In this document: positions 24,773 to 36,480 of the stretch, piece after piece
How the letters are laid out: each line of letters begins with the position of its first letter
Numbering within the stretch: position 1 is the first letter of the stretch
From: Lytechinus pictus
Lineage: Eukaryota
NCBI RefSeq assembly: GCF_037042905.1
Contig: NC_087252.1
Location: 16,804,001-16,868,000 of the forward strand
Direction: 5' to 3'
Length of the DNA stretch: 64,000 nucleotides
Position numbers and translations under genes: made by a program
Notes under the pieces: model-generated
What the model was told of the DNA's origin: nothing
Databases searched by the model: none
The model's input: the letters and a program-made list of their open reading frames with translations, nothing else

Positions 24773-27243
24773 CTGGTCTCTCCGCTGCGGTGGGGCAAGC
24801 TGTCGCCGAGCATGTAACTGGGCAAATGGGAATTGAGAACCACCATGCCAAGAACTCAATTGCAGTAGGCGGAGCAGTGGCCGGGGGAGCTGCTGCCGGG
24901 GCCGTGATAGGGGGTCCACCAGGTGCAGCAGTGGGCGCCGTTGTAGGTGTAGCTGGATGGGGAATAGGCAAGGTGATTGACGCTTCAATTTCAAGCGGGT
25001 TGGGCATCGTAGGGGGGCCCTCTGATAATTGGGCCTATCTCAAAATTGGTCAAATAGACCGGGAGGTTTGCTTCAGTACATATAACAAAAGGGATACAAT
25101 GTACTTTAAATCTTATTGGAATGAATATAGAAGAAACGACCAGAATGAGTTTAAGATGTCTGCCGGCCAAGGCCAGCGTGATGACTTTCAGTTGACAGTG
25201 TATAAAGGCAACACATCCATAGCACATTTCCAGAAGGTGTACTATAGAGATATGATTTTTGTAGCGAAGAACAAGCAGAGCAAACTGGCTGTGGCACACG
25301 GGAAGGGTGAGTTATGGGAAGGCGAAGCAGGAAATGTTATCATTAAGAACGAATAAAATAATCAAAGCAATTCTTACAAGTTAAGATCTTAAAGTCAAAG
25401 GGCCAAACTTATTTACATCTATCGATGTAAGTTTTAGACGCATATTACATGTTTATCCAATTTTATATTTTATATTTTATATTTCCCATCTAATAAATCC
25501 CGGTGCCGCCACTCTTGATACTGTTTCCCTTATTCGATCAGAGGCAATTTATTTTGAATTAAATTTACCCCCTAACAGCTTCTAATTCGGCAACTTTGAT
25601 AGTACGGGATCATTTGGTAGATATCTACTATTAACGACCTACCGACGCGTATAAATTTTGTAAACAATTGTTAGGTAAAAGTGAATAGATAAACCTAACA
25701 TTCGTCGTCTATCAGAACCATCACGTGAATTTTTTATATCGAAGATAGAGCATTTATTGTTACTTAAAATTAATTTATAAATTGTTTTGATAATTTTTGC
25801 TATCACTGTTTGGTTTGACTGGCTAACCTTTCTGGGGCCTGGTGGTCTCAAGTGCTATACCTGAGACTCCGTGCATGATGCGCTGACCGGGCTTGCCCCT
25901 TAAATTGTTGGTCAACGGAGCAGCAAGCAAGAGGCCACCAGGCCTTACCTGATGCATGCTGATACAGCTGAGAATAGTAATAGATGATTAAAGTTAATGT
26001 ACGCAATTATACATATAACTACATTCGTACTTAAAAGTTATATCTATATTCTGGCGATTGTAAGCGCTATGGTACTTTTGTGTATAGCACATATATAAAT
26101 AACCATTTTATAATTAAACTTTATCAATACATTCAACTGTCATTAACCTTTACGTTTATTACATGTATCTATTTATCATCTTACTATAGTATGTAGATTA
26201 CGTTTTTGTATTTCAGTACTCTAAATAAATGTTGATTATCATATGTTTTGTCTATGCACCATATTTTGGGGCTTTATTTTCCTTACATAAATTATATTAG
26301 GTGTATGTTTTGTAAGTATCTTATTCGTATGTAATGACGCAATGACTGACATGAATAATATATTTTAATGATTAATTGGAAGATAAAGGGAGAAGTTCAC
26401 GTTTGCGTTAAGTTGATTTTGATAAAGCAGATCAACAATTGAAATGCAGCCATTAAGTTTTGGCAGAGTCTGTAAGAAGAGAACGGAGTTATGAATTAAA
26501 AAAAAATATTTGAAAACAAAAACAACTTCTCGTGTGTCAGGTGAAGTGTATCTTTTTCTGTAAAAGGGAAAGTCGTTTTATTTATGCGTATAATTTATCA
26601 TATACATTAGTTTCTAAAAATAAAACCTTAGTTTGTCTTCATCATGAAGTATAAAACATTTTGAATTTATGGTATCGAAATTACACGACGTATGTGGCAT
26701 AATACATCACAAATTATTAAGCCTTTACAGTCTTATAACTGCCTATATTTGTTGTTGTTGGACTTCCATCGAATCTCTGTTAACATTTTATCTAATTTTT
26801 CTTTTTTTCATTAAAATCACCCTGTTTTTATGATGTACATGTAAGTCACCTTTAACACCAAATTATCATTAGCAATACAATTATAGACTATAACTATGGA
26901 TTACTTAATCAATACGAAGTGTTGAACGTTTAGGAGCAAAATAAAGCACATATTTAGTGGAACCTTTTACCTAGACCAAAATGATACACAAATCTGATAT
27001 GGTGACATAAACTGTTGATATGTTGTTTTTTCTCGGATTTCGTTAAAATAAATATCTATTGTGTTTGTGATATTTTTTTATTACTAAATATTTCAAGCTT
27101 ATATCGAGAAAACAACTCTTGGAATGGTTTGTCAATTTTCAACCAACCCTTAACCAACGCTGGGTCGGTCCTATTTGAATACTTATCTCCCAAACTGTGC
27201 TGGTCACTAAACATCACTAAACATGCTAAAGGTAAATAGGTAT

Positions 27244-27277
<34 letters not shown>

Positions 27278-27699
27278 CGGGAAAGAGAAAAGAAAAATCC
27301 ATAGATATGACACTAGAGAAACAGATGAAAAGAGAGTGAGACAAAGAGATTATGAATTTCATGTGTCATGGATAAATAAAGGTCTGAGAAAGTGCAACAA
27401 ATTGATTAAGTTTGGTTTGTTGTCTTTTTTGAGAACACATGTTGAGTAGCTTTAAACTTGTATCCATATCTTGTTTATGTTTGTTTTGCTAAAGAAAGCC
27501 ACAGTCTTGCTCTTTAATAAAATCAATATAATTATGCACTCCCCAGAACATGATCATTTGAACGATTTTTAACAAGGGTGTGCTGGTTTGTTTAAAAATG
27601 ATTTGGCAAGCCCCCGGCCCCCTCAGGGGTTTAATTCAAAATGAAGATGATTTTTCTGCAACAAAAGCTTTGCAAAAAAAATCACACGATATTTTTTTT

Positions 27700-28423
27700 T
27701 TCTTAATTTGAATGATTCCATTGAAAAAAAAGGCTAATATAGCGAATATTTAGCACGTGTGAAACCAAACTAGAACATAATTAGAATCACGAACGCTAAT
27801 CACAATCACGAATTCAAATTCTAATCAGGAGGTAAATTCCAGTTAAAGGACAATTTCACCCCAGCAAACAGTTAATTTGAAGAAAAAGAGAAAAATCCAA
27901 CATGCATAACACTGAAAGTTTCATCAAAATTGGAAGTAGAACAAAAAAGTTATGCCGGTTCAAAGTTTCGTTTAATTTCACAAAACAGTTATATGGACAT
28001 CCTGGTCGGTATTTAAATGAGGAGACTGATGTCGTCATTCACTAACCATTTCTTCTGTATATTATCATATAAAATATGAAATGTTCTAATTTTATCCTCA
28101 TTGTCAAGTAAAACCACGATCAATTCCTCTCTGAACATGTAGAATTATAATTATTAGTGTTTAGTACTGTATGGTTCATTCAAGTTGGTCCTAATTGTCA
28201 AATCTGTAAACAAAATGAAGTATTTTATAATTCAAACATAAAAAACAAAAGAAATAGTGAGTGAGGGACATCATCGATTGACTCATTTGCATCTCACTGA
28301 GTTGTGCATATCACCGTTTTGTGAAAAATATGCGAATATTTAAAATATCATAACTTTCTTATTTTACATCCGATTTTGGTCATTATTACAATGGTGATTC
28401 AAGATTCAAGTATGAAAAGGCCC
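27700..28423 (-). mobile_element. Inverted, disrupted copy of the 28480-28944 MITE
   Basis: About 27750-27822 and 28381-28423 are reverse complements of about 28810-28872 and 28480-28523; the middle is replaced by a Kolobok-like MITE; left boundary approximate. Confidence 0.65.
27847..28377. mobile_element. Kolobok-like MITE, truncated
   Basis: Starts TTAA|AGGACAATTTCACCCC; similar to the 9798 and 50859 copies. Confidence 0.65.
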
Positions 28424-28479
28424 AAGGTGATGTGGATTGAATGTGGACATTATTGTATACCAGCCTATAACATGTATAA

Positions 28480-28944
28480 GGGCCTTTTCACACGTGAATC
28501 TTGAATCATCATTGTAATAATGATTGCAATTCGTCTTTCATCGGACCTTTCACACGCTCACTCGAAAACTGTGATTTAAATTTGAATTCCGAACGAACTT
28601 GAGGCGGTATGTGTCGTTTGTGACTTGTCAATCAAAGCACTGCATCGCAAATACAAACTACAATGCGTACATGGCAATTGTATTATCTACGGCATGCTTG
28701 AAAGGTCACGTAAGCTCCGCCCCCAAAAGATGTTTTGGTGGTCAAGCCTTTCACACGTAAAATTCGTACCGTAATTTGAGTGAAACTTAACTGGAATTCA
28801 CCCCCGGAGTAGAATTTGAATTCGTGATTGTGATTAGCGTTCGTGATTCTAGTTTGGTTTCACACTTGCTAAAAGTTCGCCATTAGCCTTATTCTTCAAT
28901 GGAATTGTCATTCTAATTACGATTTTTTCCGTGTAAAAGGGCCG
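28480..28944. mobile_element. Harbinger-like MITE
   Basis: TAA|GGGCCTTTTCACACG...CGTGTAAAAGGGCCG|TAA. Confidence 0.75.
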
Positions 28945-31325
28945 TAATTTCAAGGGAATGCACACCCCTACAAAAATATTGGGGTGCTTCAGCTTCCTGG
29001 GAGCGCGGGGGTAGGCCTTATAAATATACATGTAAGTCTAATATTTGGTCTTGAGGTTAATTCAAGGTGATGGAGAGCCTTTAGCCAGCTAAGAATGTGA
29101 AGAAACGAGCTTTTGAATATATTTCTACTATTTTTTAAATCTTTAAATCCATCTATACATGTGCACAGCGGTGTATGACACTCACTTTGCGCGTCTTTCA
29201 TACCTATCCTCGCTTTACCTGTCTCTCTCCCCCTCTTTCTCTCCTTTATTCTTTCTCTCTCGTGATCTCTCTCTATTTATTTTTCTCTTTCTTTCCCTCT
29301 ACCTCCATCTTTGCCTAGTTCTCCCTCTCTCCCTCTCTGTATTTATTTTCGTCTTTCATCATGTTTTAGTCGTTCTAGTATTTGATAAAAAAGAACAAAA
29401 ACATGTTTTTTTTTCAGGCAATCGTTAAAACTCAGTGCTTTTTTTAATGGTTTATTTATTTTATGACCAGAAAAATTGGCAAAACATTAACATTTCTTAT
29501 GAAAAATATTCATATATAAGGTTACATGCTAAATATACTAATCAATCTGATCAATTATAATAGTTTTAGAAACTAAACCCCGTCTCCGTGAAGAAGGAAC
29601 CCAAAAAAAATACAAGTATATATTTTTCAGAATTAAACTTTCTTCGTTAACCATGAATATTACCGTTCTTAATGAACACACACACACCCACCCATCCATA
29701 CACACCATAAATTCAGCTCAATATAATCTAAATGACGATATGCCATGAGCGCTTCTACCGTCAGACAAAGTGCCATTTAATAGCTGTAGACTTCGTTTCA
29801 TTCTTGGATAATAAACTAGCACCGTGTATATTTAGAATTACAACAAAAGTTTATAAAATAGTGTACGAAAAATATGTGTTTGATATTTTGCAAAAGTGAT
29901 ACTGTGCTCACCGGAATAGGACTAGATTGTTTGCCGGAATCGCCTATATCTTTTTTTTTCTCTCTTCTAAAGTATCTTTTGCTTGATGCAGCCCGGTGAT
30001 TATGGAAATGAAATAAGAAATCGGATGAAAATTCACGACTCATATTCATTTTATTTAGATCAACTTCCAAAAACAGATACATGTAACTGACAATTTTCTT
30101 TGACGAGCTTTTTTTCAAATTTCCTATCAACTTTGAAAAAAATGTTTATACACCTCAATCAATAAAAAAAATAATGCTTGTGATATTTGGTTGTTCCTAA
30201 CTATAACGCGCCATATATGTTTGACACGTCGTTCATGGCTCTAATACACACGAAAACTACATAGAGATATACATTATATAAGTACAATATCATGATATAG
30301 AATGGAAAAAAAAAACAAATTACTATACATAAAAATAAGTACACCATCAGTAATTAATACCTAAATACTAATGTGATTATATGTACATGTAAAAAGTGTA
30401 ACAAATGAATTCTATCAAAATGTTTTAACAACCTACGGTATAACCGTAGCTCCATGGTATAACGAAGATCATTGGGATTGCATTGTAGAGATATGCTTTA
30501 GTAACAATGACGGGCTAATAATAGACTTTAGAATGTTTAGAGATGTCGTTCCCATGTAGAATGTCTTGTGAAACCTAATTAATGTAAATATATTTTACTG
30601 CTTCAAAAGAGTAATGGATCGAACTGGTTTTACTCAAAGGCATCCTCTTTTCCCGACTATGGCCCTGCGATAGTTTCATTTTCACTTTACAGAGAGAGAG
30701 AGAGGGGGGGGGAGGGAGGGGTTTGGGTGGGGGAGGACTATTCTACTAAACTGCAGGTCTCTGTATTTTAACTGATTGATAAGGAGGCGATATATTCAGT
30801 TACTTGTATCTTCGTTATAAAGATAATCTTGCAGACCATGGTTGAAACGAATGACCAAATAAAATAATATATGGCCACGACATAAACTAAACACGAATTA
30901 AACTGTGTTTATTTTATTCAGCCTTATTCTATACACTTCTTATTTTTAGTTAGAAATGAAAATAATGTGACGAAGACGAAAAACCCGCAACCTTTTGGTA
31001 ATAATGGTTGGTTTTGGTATCTAGAATGAGAAAGACACCTTTATGCTGAGCCGCCAAATAGATTTTTGGTTTAAAACGGTTTTACACTTGTATTAATGTT
31101 CGATTGTCTACCACTCTACCAATTTAAAGATTTTGAATACATTTTAAGATTAGGAAAGAATTTTCAGAATGAATGAAAAACAATATCAAACAGACATTAT
31201 GTTATGAAAAATATTTGATCTTAAGTTTTACATTTACGTGAAAGTTTGAAGTTACAATTGTTAAGATTTTAACAAAGTCCCCGATAAAACCGATTTTCTT
31301 TCGCTATGTTTGCTCGAATCTTTAA

Positions 31326-31469
31326 AGATGCACGATCTTAGGATTCAAGGAGGCGCGGCTGGACAAACGTACGCCGTGTGGACGGCGCCATGCAAATTAC
31401 GTCGATGATCTTCGTAATGAAGATATCGGCGAGAACAAACTGTTCAACAGCGTCGGATATCGTGCACCT
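31326..31469. mobile_element. 144-bp Kolobok-like mini-MITE in the 3'UTR of the glycine-zipper gene
   Basis: TTAA|AGATGCACGAT...ATCGTGCACCT|TTAA, 20 bp beyond the stop codon. Confidence 0.65.
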
Positions 31470-31489
31470 TTAAATGGTGGCGACCAAAC

Positions 31490-32551
31490 CTAATCATCAG
31501 TCTTAATGATAACATTACTTGCCTCCCCTTCCCATAACTCACCCTTCCCGTGTGCCACAGCCAGTTTGCCCTTCTTGTTCTTCGCTACAAAAATCATATC
31601 TCTAAAGTACACCTTCTGGAAATGTGCTATGGATGTGTAGCCTTTATACACTATCAACTGAAACTCATTACATTGGCCTTGGCCTGCTGACATCTTAAAC
31701 TCCTTATGGTCGTTTCTCCTATATTCATTCCAATAAGATTTAAAGTACAATGTATCCCTTTTGTTATATGTACTAAAGCAAACCTCCCGGTCTATTTGAC
31801 CAATTTTCAGATAGGCCCAATTGTCATCGGGCCCTTCCATGCCCAGCCTGGTTGCAATCGTAGCGTCAATCACCTTGCCTACTCCCCATCCAGCTACACC
31901 TACAACGGCGCCCATTGCTGCACCTGGTGGACCCCCTACCAAGGCCCCGGCAGCAGCTCCCCCGGCCGCTGCTCCGCCTACTGCAATTGTGTTCTTGGCA
32001 TGGTGGTTCTCAATTCCCAATTCCCCAGTTACATTCTCGGCGACAGCTTGCCCCACCGCAGCGGAGAGACCAGGTACCAACATTGCAATCTTGCCAGCAT
32101 TAGCAAGAAACTGTGGTGCAGCTCCTTCAATTGCTGCCTGAACCCCTGCTTCCGCTCCTCTAGCGCCGAACCGAGCAGCAGCCAAGCGAATAGACTCATC
32201 GGCAACCACGACCGCCATACGACGACCAAACTGACCTACGCCACCCCCTACAGTGGCGTTCACAATTTGCCGAGCCACAATGGCATGTGCTTGCTTCTTA
32301 ATGAACTCAGCGGCAGCTTGACTTCCCATCTGCTTCAGACCTTTTTCAAAGGTCTTCATAATTTCTAGTTTAATTGCTTCAAGTGCCTCTTTATTTTTGT
32401 TGAGATATTCGACCGCTTGCTTCCGGGCCGCTTCTCTCTCGGGGTGAGCGAAGTGTCCAAACTTGGCTAGGTAGATATCTTCGAATTCTACCATTCGCTT
32501 ATCAAAGCTCATGTCAAAGATGTCCTTTTCTAGAAAAAACTGCGAATCCAT
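31490..32551 (-). CDS. Uncharacterised 353-aa protein: charged helical N-terminus, central glycine-zipper hydrophobic hairpin, aromatic-rich C-terminal domain
   Basis: Long, complex ORF richer in GC than its surroundings; in-frame TGA TGA just upstream of the ATG; GGAAAGGAAAGALVGGPPGAAMGAVVGVAGWGVG motif; conserved paralog in the same window. Confidence 0.9.
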   Translation of the reverse strand: MDSQFFLEKDIFDMSFDKRMVEFEDIYLAKFGHFAHPEREAARKQAVEYLNKNKEALEAIKLEIMKTFEKGLKQMGSQAAAEFIKKQAHAIVARQIVNATVGGGVGQFGRRMAVVVADESIRLAAARFGARGAEAGVQAAIEGAAPQFLANAGKIAMLVPGLSAAVGQAVAENVTGELGIENHHAKNTIAVGGAAAGGAAAGALVGGPPGAAMGAVVGVAGWGVGKVIDATIATRLGMEGPDDNWAYLKIGQIDREVCFSTYNKRDTLYFKSYWNEYRRNDHKEFKMSAGQGQCNEFQLIVYKGYTSIAHFQKVYFRDMIFVAKNKKGKLAVAHGKGELWEGEASNVIIKTDD

Positions 32552-32603
32552 TCTATTTCATCAACTTCCGTACTCTACTTGGTCAAACGTGTTTCCCAAA
32601 AAT

Positions 32604-32630
32604 CTGGAGGGAAGAAAATAAATAATGAGA
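32604..32630 (-). other. 3' splice acceptor of a 5'UTR intron of the glycine-zipper gene
   Basis: Minus strand TTATTTATTTTCTTCCCTCCAG|ATTTTTGG, 52 nt upstream of the ATG. Confidence 0.7.
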
Positions 32631-32661
32631 AAAATTGAATTATTTGTAAATGGCCTAAATA

Positions 32662-35600
32662 TAGTTCAGGATAGGCCCCATAGAAAACTGACCAAACCTT
32701 GTTTTTTCATTATATACAATATTTTTTGATGGTTTCTTGTCAATTCGAGGGTGCTGATTACGAATCCGAATGATGCCACTCGTGTAACTTTGAGCATTTT
32801 CCGCAAATTGGTAAAATCCAATATGGCCGCCAAAATATGCAAATTACCCATGAAAATCATAAAATTACCCGCACATTGGTTATAAAATGTATGCATGTGT
32901 GTTGCAGGAGTGAAATACTCTCTGAAAAAAAAACGACTTTTGACAAAAAAAATATTTTCTAAATATTCAAAATGGCCGCCATAGACCCATGTATTCTATA
33001 TTATGTACAATATGAATGGGGAAAACAAAATTTCACAAAAGTTAGCACTAAATGCAAGTAATTGTAATTTTTAGTGAAATAGTTGATCGAAAACATGATT
33101 GCTAACGAAATGTATCATTTGTTATGTCATGTATGTAATAAATGAAGCATTTTAATATTAAAAAAAAACACCAAATGCCCTGACCATATTATATACAATG
33201 TTCATGGGGACAAAAGATAATCACAAGAATAAGTACTAAAATGCATATTACTAGTATTAAGATAAGCGAGTGGAATACTGGCTAAAACATAATTTTTAAC
33301 GAAATAAAAATGCAATTTATGTGATAAATGCTGTATTTTGACATTCAAAATGGCCGCCATAAGCCCATTATACATTATGTACAATGCGATTGGAGAAATT
33401 AATTTTCACAACAGTAATAACTATAAAATGCATGTAATTGTGATCACCGAGTAAAATAATGTCTGAAAACATGTATTCTAGCGAAACATATCATTTCTTT
33501 TGTCATGTATGAGATTAATGCTGTATAATTGTGGAATTCAAAATGGCCCCTATAGGCCCTAACAGTATTATCTACAATGTAAATGGGGACATGTAATTTT
33601 GTAAGAATTTGGATTTACTTGACTATGAAATCCATAAAGTCCTGTTGTATGATAAAACATTATTTGAAAACATGATTTTTATCAAAGAAAGCATTTCTTC
33701 TGCCATGTAAGTGATAAATACTGTATTTTGACATTCAAAATAGCTGATACAAGCCCTAACTAATTTATGTTACATGCGTGTAAGGAATCTACTTCTTACA
33801 AGAGTGAGAATCATAAAATGCAAGTAACTGTGATGCATGAGTAAAAATATTGTCTTAAACATGATTTCTAAATATTGGTAATGGAGGTAATAAATGTTGT
33901 ACTTTGACATTCAAAATGGCTGCCATAGGTCCTAAAAGTATTATGTACAATGTAATTTAGGACATAAAATTTTGACAGAATTAGGCTTTGCTTGACTATA
34001 AGTATTGCATATAATTGTGATGTAAGAGTGAAATATTGTCTAAAACCATGTATCCTAACGAGGTATGTCATATCTGGTGCATTTAAGGTGATATATGCTG
34101 CATTCTGAAATGGAAAATGGCCGCCATTTGCCATTACTGTACAATTTGAATGAAGACAGATAAATTTCACAAAACGGCATATGGCGGTCATTTTGAATTT
34201 TGAAATATAACGTTTATCACCTAAATTTTTAGATATGATATATTTCGTTAGTAATCATGTTTTCAGACAATATTTTCCTCATACAACAACATTTAGTCAA
34301 GCAAAGCCAAAATCTGTTAAAATAAATTGTCCCCATTCACATTGTACATGATACTGTTGGGGCCTGTAGCGGCCATTTTGACTTTCAAAATACAATATTT
34401 ATTACCTACCTGGCATAGAACTGATATATCTTGTTAGAAATTATACTTTCAGACAATATTTTACTCATAGATCACAATTACGTGCATTTATGGTGCTCAC
34501 TCGTGTGAAAATTTATTTCCTAGTTCGCATTGTACATAATACAATCAATGTCTATGGCGGCCATTTTGAAAGTCAAAATACAGTATTAAACACAAACTTT
34601 AAACCTGTATGATTTTTTTCGTAAAAATTGTGTTTTTTAGACAGTATCCCATTTATTCATCACAAATAAATGCATTTCAATGCTCACTCTTGTGATTTCG
34701 TTGGTCCTCTTTTCATTGTACATAATACTGTTGGGCCTTCGGCGGTCATTTTGAATATCAATATACAGCATTTATCACATACATGGCATATTAAATAATA
34801 TACAGTGCATCTCGTTAGCAATTGTGTTTTTAGTCAGTATTCCACTCGTTTCTCTTAATAATATGCATTTTTGTTGGCCCCTTTGCCATAGAAAATAATA
34901 CTATTTGGGCCAGTGGCAGCTATTTTGAATATTAAATACAACAATTTTCCCATACATAACATAATAAAGGATATATTATGTAAGCATTGATGATTATCAT
35001 ATATTACTTGATTTGATTTATTTATTTCCACATTCCAATAACAAAAGCATATACAAGTGTAATAATTTTTTTCTAAGCATAACAAAATAAGCAAATGATA
35101 TATTTAATAACATATGCATATATACAATCTAATTGAAATATATGTATACCTGATAAATTTCTTTTTTTTTATTGTAAAAAAAAATAGCACAAAAAAAAAA
35201 TATATATACATATATCAACATAACACATTTTGAAATGTGGGAGACCTTCATCTTAAGCTTAGAGCTTGAAATTGATAAAGGCCTCAAAAGGAAACGGGAA
35301 GGAAAATCAGACAAACAGTGCAATACTTCGTCCATAGATCACAATTACTTGCAGTTTATCGACCATTTTGTGAAATATTAATTTTCCCTATTCATATTGT
35401 ACATAATAGGGTATACAGAGGTCTGTGGCGGCCATTTTGAATATCAAGAAAAAAATATTTTGTCAAAAAATGTTTTTTTCAGAGAGTATTTCACTCCTGC
35501 AACACAAATAAATACATTTTATAGCCAATTTGCTTGCAATGTTATGATTTTCATGGGTAATTTGCATATTTTGGCGGCCATTTTGGATTTTGCCAATTTG

Positions 35601-35730
35601 CGAAAAATGCTCAAGGTTACACAAGTGGCATCATTCAGATTCGTAATCAGCACCCTCGAATAAACAAGAAACCATCTAAATATATTGTATATATGAAAAA
35701 ACAAGGTTATGCCTCTTCTATCCTGGACTA
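32662..35730. mobile_element. Academ-like 3.07-kb non-autonomous element, copy 1
   Basis: TAGTTCAGGATAG...CTATCCTGGACTA; about 350-bp TIRs; 3-bp TSD ATA; inverted homolog at 60535-63604. Confidence 0.85.
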
Positions 35731-36020
35731 ATAATGGCAAAAGACGAATGAGAAAGGCATACTCCTGAATGTTCGGATATAAAATTTTTTAGCAGTGGTG
35801 AACCATTGTGTGTAAACGACGACCCCCCCCCCAATCTTTGTCAGACCAGGGCCATGTTTTACAAAGAATTGCGATTGATCCGATCAATCTCAAGTTTTAC
35901 GGAAATCCATCAATGTCATATTTTTTTTCTTCAGGAAATTTGCTCAATGTCATTTGAAAACAAATAGAAGCATAATGAATTGTCGAGTAAACAGTGAATG
36001 TATGAATATACGACATTAAT

Positions 36021-36390
36021 GGTTCTAGGACAATTACCCCCGGACAATTACCCTCCGGACAACTACCCCCGGACAATTACCACCCGAGAACAATTACCCC
36101 CCGAACAACTACCCCCCGGACAATAACCCCCTAAGGACAGTTACTCCCCGAGGACAATTACCCCCCGGACAATAACCCCTCGGACAATTACCCCCCCCCC
36201 CAGACAATTACCCCAGGACAATTATCCCCCGAACAATTTCCCCCTGGACAATTACCCCCCGGACAATTACCCCCGGATAAATACCCCCGATCAATTACCC
36301 CCCGGGCAACTACCCCCCGGACAATTACCCCCCGGACAATTACTCCCGATGCCAATTACCCCCGAGGACAATTACCCCCAGATAATCCCC
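36021..36390. repeat. About 16-bp GGACAATTACCCCCC tandem array, probably a transposon subterminal repeat
   Basis: More than 20 imperfect units read directly; no partner arm found in the window. Confidence 0.85.
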
Positions 36391-36480
36391 CCTTCTCTCC
36401 AGCATCAATGTTAGAATTAAGCGGGACCCATTGTAAGTTTTGGTCGGTGGCACAGGCTTTCGAAATATTTTCTACTTTAT

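Larger units (their letters stand above)
18620..25356 (+). pseudogene. Transposon-interrupted, 5'-truncated paralog of the 353-aa glycine-zipper gene (segments about 18626-18761, 22655-22741, 24776-25356)
   Basis: Three segments collinear with about codons 88-353 of 31490-32551; no stops or frameshifts within segments; junctions coincide with transposon TSDs; could instead be a spliced gene (see findings). Confidence 0.85.

Noticed and set aside
31706..32368. Antisense ORFs over the glycine-zipper gene (also 24726-25299)
   Set aside because: Shadow frames of a GC-richer coding sequence; not preserved at equal length between the paralogs.
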